44,193 bases of DNA from a virus: the IMG/VR virus record IMGVR_UViG_3300045988_058447, positions 1 through 44,193 of that record; one strand, given 5' to 3'. The translations under genes were made by a program, and so were the position numbers. Each line of letters opens with the position of its first letter. The stretch's first letter is position 1. This document shows positions 24,166-32,230 of the stretch, in pieces. Below the pieces are notes generated by a model that had not been told where the DNA came from, did not search any database, and worked only from the letters and a program-made list of their open reading frames with translations.

Positions 24166-24342
24166 ATGCAAAATTTTGATGCTTTTGTACAAGCTTTAGA
24201 TCAATCAGAGATCATTGCCCGTGGTGCAGAAAGTGTAGATGTAAATAGCAATCCAGTCACCAATGCGTCTGCACTTTCCACATCAATCAGCCTTGAAATT
24301 CTTCGCCAGTACCATGAATGGCTGATGAAACAGCTCTCATAA
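24166..24342 (+). CDS. Candidate 58-aa plus-strand protein, convergent with the neighbouring gene
   Basis: AAAGGAG RBS 9 nt upstream of the ATG, and an extended -10 (TGTTATAAT) about 60 nt upstream. Product is MQNFDAFVQALDQSEIIARG...EWLMKQLS. Confidence 0.35.
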   Translation: MQNFDAFVQALDQSEIIARGAESVDVNSNPVTNASALSTSISLEILRQYHEWLMKQLS

Positions 24343-24601
24343 CACCTTTTTCAACACTTTCTATACAGGGTTTCTGAAAGTACATGGCTCTTGCGGACAC
24401 CAGCTCTGCAAGAGCCTTTGTCTTCTCTGCGACCTCATGTTCACGTTCTTTATCAGATGAAATGACTTCACTGATATGAATTGCTAATGCTTCTATAAGC
24501 TTATCTACTGCCTCCACGTTCTCACTCTCCCTTCTGCGGTCCTTTTTATTGGACGCACAACGCTGTATCCTGCTCTTAGGTACGAATTGTTTTTCGCTCA
24601 T
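24287..24601 (-). CDS. Hypothetical early protein
   Basis: 104 aa from the ATG (MSEKQF...). Confidence 0.4.
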   Translation of the reverse strand: MSEKQFVPKSRIQRCASNKKDRRRESENVEAVDKLIEALAIHISEVISSDKEREHEVAEKTKALAELVSARAMYFQKPCIESVEKGVMRAVSSAIHGTGEEFQG

Positions 24602-24743
24602 CCTCAAACCTTGTCAAATCGTCCTCGGAAATTCTGTATTCTCTACCGAGCTTGATTGCATTGAGTTTCTTCTGGCGAATCCAGTCCCATACCGTAATGA
24701 CTTTTACCTTGTATCTCTCTGCAACTTCGTCACAAGTGTACAT
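24576..24743 (-). CDS. Excisionase-family (MerR-type) HTH protein in the Cro position
   Basis: Manually found 55-aa ORF: MYTCDEVAERYKVKVITVWDWIRQKKLNAIKLGREYRISEDDLTRFEDERKTIRT. AAAGGAGGG RBS. Divergent from the repressor gene. Confidence 0.6.
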   Translation of the reverse strand: MYTCDEVAERYKVKVITVWDWIRQKKLNAIKLGREYRISEDDLTRFEDERKTIRT

Positions 24744-24972
24744 TTTCGACAAAAATATCCCTCCTTTTTGTATGGATTTTATACTTGTGTATACCTCGGT
24801 TTAGTGATATATTAGGTTTGTCAAAACGAATTAAATCACTAAACCGAATTATCTCGTCTGGTCAACGAATCAGTTCGTATTACCGAGGTATGTCTATACT
24901 ATATCTCGTTATACCGAACTTGTCAATAGTTTTATTTCGTTTTCCCGAGATATTTTAGAAAGAGGGAAAATT
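24744..24972. promoter_or_regulatory. Lysis/lysogeny switch region with nested inverted repeats
   Basis: 13-bp inverted repeat TCGGTTTAGTGAT (24796..24808) / ATCACTAAACCGA (24835..24847). 10-bp inverted repeat ATACCTCGGT (24791..24800) / ACCGAGGTAT (24882..24891). Extra TACCGA half-sites at 24881 and 24912. TTGACA is on the minus strand at 24819..24824. Confidence 0.6.
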
Positions 24973-25395
24973 ATGTATGAAATATTTGAAAAGCTATGCA
25001 AGGAAAAAGGCATAACACCGTATCGTTTTTGCAAAGATACTGGAATTAATTCATCTACAATAAGTACATGGAAAAATAAAGGTTCTGAATGCTCTGCAAA
25101 AACGGCAAAGGCAATATGCGAATACTTCAATGTAACAATGGACTATCTAATGACAGGGGGAACACAAATAGATGATCCTTATGCCATTACTGCATCGGAT
25201 GAAAGAGATATTGCCAAAGACATGGAAAATATGCGCAACAAATTATTAGATGAATCTGCTGGTCCACTATCCTATGACGGAGAACCGATACCAAAAGATG
25301 ATGCCGAGTTGCTGCTCGGACAAATAGAATTGATGATGCGCAAATTGAAACCGATCAATAAAGAAAAATATAATCCTAACAAAAACAAAAAGTAG
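24973..25395 (+). CDS. XRE-family repressor (CI-like)
   Basis: KLCKEKGITPYRFCKDTGINSSTISTWKNKGSECSAKTAKAICEYFNVTMDYLM. Confidence 0.8.
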   Translation: MYEIFEKLCKEKGITPYRFCKDTGINSSTISTWKNKGSECSAKTAKAICEYFNVTMDYLMTGGTQIDDPYAITASDERDIAKDMENMRNKLLDESAGPLSYDGEPIPKDDAELLLGQIELMMRKLKPINKEKYNPNKNKK

Positions 25396-25406
25396 GTGTT
25401 ACATAA

Positions 25407-25844
25407 TTGAGAAAAGACATAAAACAGTTAGTCAATTATTATGTAAGAAAATTTAATACCAGAAATCCATATGATCTTGCAAAAAGCCTAAATGTAGAGG
25501 TTCAAATTGGAGAGCTTGGCAGTCGCGCTGGATGTTATATGTTCCTAAAAAACCATAAATGCGTATTTCTGAACGAAGATCTGGAAGAAAATGAAATGCG
25601 GCTCGTAATGGCTCATGAGCTTGCACACTCGATTATGCACAGGAAAGAGAATTGTTACTTTATAAGAAACAAAACTTTGCTGCTCACATCCAAGATGGAA
25701 ATTGAAGCAAATACATTTGCCGCTGAGCTACTTATACCGGACGAATTGATTTTAGAAAATCCAGGCATATCGGCAGATCAGATAGCAAGAATCGCTGGAT
25801 ATGATAAAAAAATCATGAATTTTAAAAATAAAATCTTGATTTAG
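25407..25844 (+). CDS. ImmA/IrrE-family metallopeptidase (anti-repressor protease)
   Basis: HEXXH motif MAHELAHSIMH, TTG start, immediately downstream of the repressor. Confidence 0.75.
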   Translation: MRKDIKQLVNYYVRKFNTRNPYDLAKSLNVEVQIGELGSRAGCYMFLKNHKCVFLNEDLEENEMRLVMAHELAHSIMHRKENCYFIRNKTLLLTSKMEIEANTFAAELLIPDELILENPGISADQIARIAGYDKKIMNFKNKILI

Positions 25845-25855
25845 GGAGAACAATT

Positions 25856-27040
25856 ATGTTTTTTGATAAAATCTTGAATTTTTTCAAAATAGAGAATCTA
25901 TACAAAGAATCTGATTTTAGAGACTCTCATTTTCAATCAAATAACATTAAGTGTGATAATACTGCTCATCAAACAGAAAATTATATTGGTCCTGCCTCAA
26001 CTCATGAGCATGTTATGGAAATACTGTCTTATTGGAGTCAACATCAATATCAAAAAGTTAATTATAATTACTATCGAGAAGCTTCTTCTTCTGAAAAACA
26101 AGAATATGCTCTGATAGATATATTATCCTGTTTTTCAAAAGGGGCTCGCAATTTACATAGCTTTTCGCAAAACAGGTTGCATGATCTCGGGATTATCAAT
26201 TTTGACTCCTATACTCAGTTCTTGATTTCAGAAAAATATATTATGCGGGCGGATATAATAAATACACTTATTGCAAAATATAATTCTCAAGAATTAAAAA
26301 CAATAGCCGAAAGTGTAGGAGTAAAAAAGACTGGTAATAAATCCGAATTGGCGCAACGAATTGCAAATGAGCTTTCTTCTTCTGAGGTAAATAGAATACT
26401 CAGTGAAAATCCATTATATATTCTTTCTGAAAAGGGGCATTCTTACCTTGCAGCAAATGAAGATTATGTGCCACTACATAAATATTTATATTTGATTTCA
26501 CTCGCAGAATTTAATGATAACAGAATACCTAATGGCGGACGATACCACCGGAACTTTTATGACACAATGTTTCAGATTTTAACAAATAGGAAGTTCTTTT
26601 TTGAACGCCATAGGGACTTCGAAGATGTTGGTTCAATATCTTTACAACTATACAATATGCTAATTGAAGAATCAAAGAAAACAACCAACAATGTTCCTGC
26701 CGATGTTATATCAACTAACTACGTTGAAAATTTGTATATACAAACGTGTTTTTGTTTTCACGCATATAGCTCGTTGGAGCATGGCGTTTTCCCCAGTTCT
26801 TACAACAGTTATATTGTTCCAAAGCCAAATAAAGATACCGAAAAATTAGCAAGCCAAGAACCTTATATAAATTATGAATTGTTATTTATCAATAAACCTC
26901 CAAGTTTCTTTACATATAGCGAATTCAAACAATACATCCACGAAATGTTATCTGGTCAAATGTTTGATGGGCAGAAATGGGATTTAAAAATTCAAAATAG
27001 AGTAAGGGAATTTGACAATATGATTAAAGGAGAATACTAA
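25856..27040 (+). CDS. SAP-domain protein of unknown function (lysogeny-module cargo)
   Basis: 394 aa. SAP-like motif ELKTIAESVGVKKTGNKSELAQRIANEL. The DNA is AT-rich by eye. Confidence 0.6.
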   Translation: MFFDKILNFFKIENLYKESDFRDSHFQSNNIKCDNTAHQTENYIGPASTHEHVMEILSYWSQHQYQKVNYNYYREASSSEKQEYALIDILSCFSKGARNLHSFSQNRLHDLGIINFDSYTQFLISEKYIMRADIINTLIAKYNSQELKTIAESVGVKKTGNKSELAQRIANELSSSEVNRILSENPLYILSEKGHSYLAANEDYVPLHKYLYLISLAEFNDNRIPNGGRYHRNFYDTMFQILTNRKFFFERHRDFEDVGSISLQLYNMLIEESKKTTNNVPADVISTNYVENLYIQTCFCFHAYSSLEHGVFPSSYNSYIVPKPNKDTEKLASQEPYINYELLFINKPPSFFTYSEFKQYIHEMLSGQMFDGQKWDLKIQNRVREFDNMIKGEY

Positions 27041-27041
27041 T

Positions 27042-27383
27042 ATGGCACTATTCAAATGTCCAGAATGTGGAGACTTAATTAGTACTGAAACTATTCACTG
27101 CCCCAAATGTGGATATGACGTGCATACATATATGGAAGAAAACGGGGATAAAATTCAGTGCAATCATTGTTGGAAATTAAATACTCCAGGATCAACGCGC
27201 TGCATATATTGTGGAAATAATCTACAATATTCAAATACAGTGCGTCAAGGACTTCCAAAAGATGAAATGAAACAGGAAAAAGTAGAGGAGCATGAAAGAA
27301 AGACTCTTCCACTGATTATAACCGTTGTTATAATTGTTTTATTATTGCTCTGCTTAGTACCAAAAGTTTTTGTAATTGTATAA
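27042..27383 (+). CDS. Double zinc-ribbon protein with a C-terminal membrane anchor
   Basis: CPECG...CPKCG, then CNHC...CIYCG, then LPLIITVVIIVLLLLCLVPKVFVIV. The start is 1 nt after the upstream stop. Confidence 0.6.
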   Translation: MALFKCPECGDLISTETIHCPKCGYDVHTYMEENGDKIQCNHCWKLNTPGSTRCIYCGNNLQYSNTVRQGLPKDEMKQEKVEEHERKTLPLIITVVIIVLLLLCLVPKVFVIV

Positions 27384-27448
27384 TAAAAACCGCCCCGGTG
27401 CTGAAACACCGAGACGGCAAACGTGCTCCGAAGATACACGCCGTGAAC
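27381..27448 (-). ncRNA. Candidate minus-strand sRNA (about 68 nt) between the cargo genes and int
   Basis: Promoter TTGATT (27478..27483) - 17 nt - TGaTACAAT (-10 at 27455..27460). The terminator CCGUCUCGGUG-UUUCAG-CACCGGGGCGG + UUUUUAUUAU pairs fully only in the minus sense (two G-U pairs). Confidence 0.45.
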
Positions 27449-27524
27449 AAGCATATTGTATCATTCGGAGCGCGATAAATCAACTACCGCGCTATTTTTG
27501 CGCCTATTTTTAGGAGGATACAAT

Positions 27525-28610
27525 ATGGCTAAAGCAAAAAAACTACCATCCGGCAAATGGAGAACACAGGTATACGACTACACAGAAGTTTTGCCAGACG
27601 GGAAAAAGAAAAAACATATGCGGTCTTTTACAGCCGATACAAAAAAAGAGTCTGAATACTTGGCATCACAGTTTGCCTTTACTAAAAAATCCACTCCAAC
27701 TACAGCTATGACGCTCATAGAAGGGATTGACAGGTACATAGAAACCTATTTAGAGGTATTATCTGCCACTACTATATCAGGATATAAAACCATCAAGGAT
27801 AACGCCTTTAAAACCGTTATGAATGTTCCGATCAGCAAAATAAACAGCGATATTATGCAACGTGCCATAAACGAAGAGTGTAAAAGAAAATCCGATTCCA
27901 GACGTTGCAAGGGAAAGCCTATCTCTTCCAAAACGGTAGTAAACGAATATGGTCTAATATCCACAGTGATAAAAAAATATTCCCCTGGAACCATATTGGA
28001 TGTAAAACTGCCAACCCCGGCAAAAGTTATACACGACATTTCATCACCGAATGTAATTTTCAACATGGTAAAAGGCACAGAGATTGAATTGCCAGTGTTG
28101 CTTGCAATGTGGTTAAGTTTCACACTGTCGGAAATAAAAGGATTAACCAAGTCCGGATCTATAAAAGGGGATTATATTTTTATAGATCAGGTTACCATTA
28201 CAGTTGATGGGAAAGAAATTGACAAAAAGATTGCAAAGAATGACGCTCGTAACAGAATGTTACTGATGCCGGAATACATTAAAGAACTGATTGACAAAGT
28301 GACTACTGACAGATTGGTTACTCTAAGCGCAAAGGCTGTAGCAAACCGGTTTACTTATATGCTTAAGAAGAATGGTCTACCTCATATGTCTTTCCACGAT
28401 TTGCGGCACGTGAACGCGTCAGTGATGGCAATGCTGAACGTTCCGGACAAATATGCAATGGAACGCGGCGGGTGGAAAACAGATAAGATCATGAAAGGAA
28501 CCTACATGCAGACGTATCGGGCAGAACGAATCGCCGTAGATCAAAAAATAGACGATTATTTCAATAACTTTATCGACAAAAGTTCACACGAAAGTTCACA
28601 CGAAAAATAA
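27525..28610 (+). CDS. int: Tyrosine integrase
   Basis: Starts MAKAKKLPSGKWRTQVYDY after an AGGAGG RBS. HDLRH...GGWKTDKIMKGTYMQTY. Last gene of the lysogeny module, next to attP. Confidence 0.85.
   Translation: MAKAKKLPSGKWRTQVYDYTEVLPDGKKKKHMRSFTADTKKESEYLASQFAFTKKSTPTTAMTLIEGIDRYIETYLEVLSATTISGYKTIKDNAFKTVMNVPISKINSDIMQRAINEECKRKSDSRRCKGKPISSKTVVNEYGLISTVIKKYSPGTILDVKLPTPAKVIHDISSPNVIFNMVKGTEIELPVLLAMWLSFTLSEIKGLTKSGSIKGDYIFIDQVTITVDGKEIDKKIAKNDARNRMLLMPEYIKELIDKVTTDRLVTLSAKAVANRFTYMLKKNGLPHMSFHDLRHVNASVMAMLNVPDKYAMERGGWKTDKIMKGTYMQTYRAERIAVDQKIDDYFNNFIDKSSHESSHEK
28578..28604. repeat. Arm-type repeat A: AAA + 2 x AGTTCACACGAA (inside the int 3' end)
   Basis: Exact 27-bp copy of 28782..28808. 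Confidence 0.9.
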
Positions 28611-28611
28611 A

Positions 28612-28637
28612 AAGGTGCTTATTTAAGCACCTTTTTT
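28612..28637. terminator. Bidirectional rho-independent terminator (ends int on the plus strand and the late/lysis operon on the minus strand)
   Basis: AAGGTGCTT-ATTT-AAGCACCTT flanked by an A-run on the left and a T-run on the right. Confidence 0.8.
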
Positions 28638-28639
28638 AG

Positions 28640-28665
28640 TGGACTAGACGGGAGTCGAACCCCTC
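28640..28665 (-). other. Putative attP core that mimics a tRNA 3' end
   Basis: Minus strand reads AGGGG-TTCGACT-CCCGT-CTAGTCC-A, which corresponds to a T-arm (one mismatch), a 3' acceptor strand and a discriminator. No upstream tRNA body is present. Confidence 0.5.
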
Positions 28666-28781
28666 ATGCATAAAATTCCGCAACCGTTGATATTACTGCA
28701 CTTTGCATTTTATCCAGCAAAATCAAGGCTTTCACATTTCACATATCGTTTCTTCTTTCACATGGACTCGCAAATTTCGGA

Positions 28782-28808
28782 AAAAGTTCACACGAAAGTT
28801 CACACGAA
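28782..28808. repeat. Arm-type repeat B: AAA + 2 x AGTTCACACGAA
   Basis: Exact 27-bp copy of 28578..28604, on the other side of the attP core. Confidence 0.9.
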
Positions 28809-28816
28809 TTGTACTC

Positions 28817-29359
28817 CTAATTCTTTCCCAAGATTCCGGAAACGATGGCAGCGGCCATCGTCTTGGCATCATACAGTTTCACATCGTCTTTATCATCCAC
28901 GAAGCAGCACTCAATCAGCATTGCCGGCGAATTTGTTCGGTGCAACACATACAGATCAGTCCGGATCTTTACTCCACGGTTTTTGAATCCAAGAGCCGCA
29001 ATGTCTTTAACGACACGTTCTGCCACCGGCTTCGCTGCGCTTTTCTCACTGTACACATACACTTCCGTTCCGGTCGTCTTACCATTGCCTTTCTTATCCC
29101 CGACTCCACAATTAAAATGAATCGAAATATCCAGATCCACCTTGTGCTTGTTGCACTTTGTTACGATCCGCTTCAGGACATCCGTCTGGCTTGTCCCATT
29201 GGTACAGGTGCAATCATACACCTTGTGTCCTTTCTTTCTAAGGAGCCGGATCACTTTTTTCTTGACCTTGCGTGCCTCTGTGGACTCCCTGATGAGTCCA
29301 ACAGCACCGCAGGCGATCTTTCCATCCGGGTTATGCCCGGCATGTACATTGATTTTCAT
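28817..29359 (-). CDS. Endolysin, N-acetylmuramoyl-L-alanine amidase (Amidase_3), with no obvious cell-wall-binding domain
   Basis: MKINVHAGHNPDG...DISIHFN...TGTEVYVYS...LHRTNSPAMLIECCFVDD. Confidence 0.8.
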   Translation of the reverse strand: MKINVHAGHNPDGKIACGAVGLIRESTEARKVKKKVIRLLRKKGHKVYDCTCTNGTSQTDVLKRIVTKCNKHKVDLDISIHFNCGVGDKKGNGKTTGTEVYVYSEKSAAKPVAERVVKDIAALGFKNRGVKIRTDLYVLHRTNSPAMLIECCFVDDKDDVKLYDAKTMAAAIVSGILGKN

Positions 29360-29365
29360 ATGTAA

Positions 29366-29593
29366 TTACTCCTCCTTCACTTCCGGGATTCCTGCTACGC
29401 TGGTGAGCAATGATACCACGCCGGATACAATTGCAGATGATACGACCAGCTTCCAATCCACAGACGATACCACAGCGGCAGTACCAATCACTGCAACGGC
29501 AGTCTGTGCCATCGTCTTAACGGCACGAATTCCGGCGGCTTTCATCCATTTTTCTGTGCTTACGCTTGGTTTTAATACACAATTCTTTAACAT
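29366..29593 (-). CDS. Holin (phi LC3 / Phage_holin_1-like)
   Basis: 75 aa: RAVKTMAQTAVAVIGTAAVV...VVSSAIVSGVVSLLTSVAGI. Two TM segments, directly upstream of the endolysin. Confidence 0.6.
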   Translation of the reverse strand: MLKNCVLKPSVSTEKWMKAAGIRAVKTMAQTAVAVIGTAAVVSSVDWKLVVSSAIVSGVVSLLTSVAGIPEVKEE

Positions 29594-29594
29594 A

Positions 29595-29888
29595 TTACTC
29601 TCCTTCCTGTGGCTCTGTTGGAAGAGCCATCAATGCGTTATACAGCTGTGTTCCTACTCCGTTCCCGTGTAAAGCATGGTACTGTTGGTATTCATCTTCC
29701 AGCGCCTGTTTTACATATACCGGGCAATATTTAAGATCGTCATGGTATTTATTATACAGACGGATCAGGTCGGCACGGAGCAACGCTCGAACTCCTTTTC
29801 TTGTGGCAATTACCTGTCGATACAGAAACGCCACAGCACCTATAAGGGCAGTTAATAGCTGCCAATTTTCGGATAAAAATTTAAGCAT
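29595..29888 (-). CDS. Membrane-anchored lysis-cassette protein (holin/antiholin-like)
   Basis: 97 aa with an N-terminal TM segment (WQLLTALIGAVAFLY). First gene after late promoter P4. Confidence 0.4.
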   Translation of the reverse strand: MLKFLSENWQLLTALIGAVAFLYRQVIATRKGVRALLRADLIRLYNKYHDDLKYCPVYVKQALEDEYQQYHALHGNGVGTQLYNALMALPTEPQEGE

Positions 29889-29916
29889 ATAGTTTCCCCT
29901 TTTATCTTATGCCATA

Positions 29917-29952
29917 AGTATACCGCCAGATCGTACATGGTTTGTACCAAAT
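29917..29952 (-). promoter_or_regulatory. Late-type promoter P4: ATTTGGTACAAAC - 17 nt - TATACT (lysis cassette)
   Basis: Minus strand reads ATTTGGTACAAACCATGTACGATCTGGCGGTATACT. Confidence 0.6.
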
Positions 29953-29972
29953 GGGGCACCCGAAGATGCCCC
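29953..29972 (-). terminator. UUCG-tetraloop hairpin after the XkdX-like gene (weak terminator or processing site)
   Basis: Minus strand reads GGGGCAUC-UUCG-GGUGCCCC followed by AUUU. One G-U pair makes it specific to the minus sense. Confidence 0.4.
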
Positions 29973-29978
29973 TATCTG

Positions 29979-30086
29979 CTACGCTTTTTCGATCTCTGAC
30001 CGCACCTGTTCGCGCCAACGCATCGGAACTTCATCAATCGTCATTTTCTTGTCTACCAGAATACGTCTCACGTAGAATTTAACCAT
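29979..30086 (-). CDS. XkdX-like small protein
   Basis: Manually found 35-aa ORF MVKFYVRRILVDKKMTIDEVPMRWREQVRSEIEKA. The start overlaps the upstream stop (TAATG). Position between fibre and lysis genes is typical. Confidence 0.5.
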   Translation of the reverse strand: MVKFYVRRILVDKKMTIDEVPMRWREQVRSEIEKA

Positions 30087-30487
30087 TATGCTTCACCTCC
30101 TGCTACCATATCTGCAAGTTCCTCGATTGCTCCAGCGTTGGACTCATGTCCCTGCTGCAATGTTACCTGTCCTGTTTCCAGTGCATCCAGACGTTTTTCG
30201 ATGTCGGTTTTTGTCCTAAGACGAATTGTAACCGTGTAGGTTCCATTCTCTTTTCCGTCTACGTCCGTATTCGGCGCATATGTAAATCCGTCCGATTTCA
30301 GATCGGTGTACTTTCCGGATGCTTCGCCGTTATGTTCAAATGTCACTTCCGAAAGGTTTTCTGTAGTAAATGCATCCGTGATGGTCTTGACGGCTTCGAA
30401 ATTCTCTGCCTTAATCTGGATGTTTCCAAGGCTTGCACCGTCTGCAATCTCAAATTCTGTTTTGTTGGCTAAAATAATTTTATCCAT
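30086..30487 (-). CDS. Tail-fibre-associated hypothetical protein
   Basis: 133-aa ORF downstream of the fibre gene. Confidence 0.45.
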   Translation of the reverse strand: MDKIILANKTEFEIADGASLGNIQIKAENFEAVKTITDAFTTENLSEVTFEHNGEASGKYTDLKSDGFTYAPNTDVDGKENGTYTVTIRLRTKTDIEKRLDALETGQVTLQQGHESNAGAIEELADMVAGGEA

Positions 30488-30646
30488 GTTTTTTTAATTC
30501 CTTTCTATAAAAATGGTTTATAAGTTACGTTCGAATATTTGTTCGATATATTTTCTTAAACGGCAGTTTAAATACAACAATAAAAAGAGCTAATACATTA
30601 GATGGAAACGAAGCATTAGGCACAACATGTTATGGGAAACCTTTCT

Positions 30647-31492
30647 TTAACCTAAGTGGATAACTAACGGCATGTATCTAATATCTGTAAGTATTTGGTT
30701 TGTACGCCCAGTGAATTTAATTGATAAATTCCAATTTTTTGGGCTACTTGTAAAGTTACTTCTAATGAGTGATCCTTGTATATCAATATTCTCTCCATTA
30801 AGTGTATTTACATCAACAATAACAATGCTATTAGCAGGTAACGATAATGAGACCGTAAGATTAGTAGCCGTTCCTGCAGGATACTTTATGTTTTTGACCC
30901 TATAGCCGCCATTGTCTATATCCCAATCGGTTTGTACACTTATTACATCGGAACCATTGTTGACTATACAAAACGGGTTTCCAGTAAATATGTTTTCGAT
31001 GCCAAATGATGGTATTTTCTTACTATTTAGACTGCCGGTTATTTCGGTGATTTTATCATCCAAAGCCTTTCCTTGCCGGGCATCCAACCCAAATCCCGCT
31101 TCTGTAGTGGTTAGGTTGTTGATTAAGTTTGCCGCCGGAAACGCTCCGTTGATCTTATCTTTTAAAGTGTCAGCCAACTTAATAACATTGTTGACCTGAT
31201 CCATTGTGAGTGTTGTTCCGTCAATGCTAACCTTAAGGGTTCCATCTTCCGCAACTGTAAGCCCATCTGCAGGCTTTACAGTTCCGGCATCCTCTTTCGT
31301 TGCAATCGCACCAGCACCACCCACAATCGACCTTGACCAATACTCTGTATTGTTCGTTGCTGTTCCTGCCGGCACATCCTTTTTCGCAAAATACAGTGTG
31401 TTGTTATAAGTAACTGCATCCAATCTCTTATATGTAGCATCTGCGCTCCAATCTCCCTTTGGCACGATTGCCACTCTTCCTGCTATAGCCAT
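30647..31492 (-). CDS. Tail fibre / receptor-binding protein
   Basis: N-terminal GDWSADATYKRLDAVTYNNTLYFAKKDVPAGT...EYW fibre-type motif. The C-terminal DNA is AT-richer. Confidence 0.6.
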   Translation of the reverse strand: MAIAGRVAIVPKGDWSADATYKRLDAVTYNNTLYFAKKDVPAGTATNNTEYWSRSIVGGAGAIATKEDAGTVKPADGLTVAEDGTLKVSIDGTTLTMDQVNNVIKLADTLKDKINGAFPAANLINNLTTTEAGFGLDARQGKALDDKITEITGSLNSKKIPSFGIENIFTGNPFCIVNNGSDVISVQTDWDIDNGGYRVKNIKYPAGTATNLTVSLSLPANSIVIVDVNTLNGENIDIQGSLIRSNFTSSPKNWNLSIKFTGRTNQILTDIRYMPLVIHLG

Positions 31493-32230
31493 TTAAGCCA
31501 CCTCCCAGTTTAAATTTCCGTCATCATCAACGGTAAATATGTCTGTCGTGTTATCCGTGTAGATCAACTCTCCATCCTCATTCACGTCGAATGTCGCAAG
31601 TTGAGCCTTTTTATCAAGGTTGTCGCTGTATTCCTTTGCCTTGTCAGCATACTCTTTGGATAGATTAGCTTGCGCCGTGGATTCCTTTTCTGATGCATCT
31701 GCTGCGGTTGCTGATGCCTGGGCTTTTGCAACTTCCACCTTAACATCTGATAAGAAGTTCGGCTGCAACTTATCTTCCGTAATAGAACCATTCTTTACGA
31801 TAGCTTTGACTTTGCCATCTGTAATCTCAAATGCGATTGTGTCAGATTCGAGAAATTCATACTCTGTAATCAGAGATGATAAGTCCACATTTTGCACCGT
31901 GCCATCATCAAGCGTTATAATCAACTGCTGTGTCTGTGGATCATACTTGAAGTTCACGGCCAGCTTTTCAAGTTTGGTGTCAATCGCAGCCTTTGATCCA
32001 TTCATCTTTACTATGGTCAGTGTTCCCTTGGACTCATCCCAAAGGATTTCTTTCACAAGTTCATTGGCTTTGGTAAGATCAACCTTGGATGCATCCATAG
32101 CAACCACACGATCATCCAGGTTGTCGATTGCCAAGTCCATTCTGTTAAGGTTAGATTCATTTACCGCTGTTTTCTCGCTGGGGAGATTCTCCCAGATGAT
32201 ACGACTATATATTTTCTGCATGACTCGCAC
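31493..32230 (-). CDS. Tail fibre / baseplate upper protein
   Basis: IWENLPSEKTAVNESNLNRMDLAIDNLDDRV N-terminal motif, common in Bacillota phage fibre proteins. Confidence 0.5.
   Translation of the reverse strand: MRVMQKIYSRIIWENLPSEKTAVNESNLNRMDLAIDNLDDRVVAMDASKVDLTKANELVKEILWDESKGTLTIVKMNGSKAAIDTKLEKLAVNFKYDPQTQQLIITLDDGTVQNVDLSSLITEYEFLESDTIAFEITDGKVKAIVKNGSITEDKLQPNFLSDVKVEVAKAQASATAADASEKESTAQANLSKEYADKAKEYSDNLDKKAQLATFDVNEDGELIYTDNTTDIFTVDDDGNLNWEVA

Noticed and set aside
27456-27524. N-terminal extension of the integrase ORF (MYHSERDKSTT...)
   Set aside because: It uses a non-ATG start with no RBS and runs across the promoter and hairpin region. The ATG at 27525 has a canonical AGGAGG RBS and the typical MAKAKKLPSGKW integrase start.
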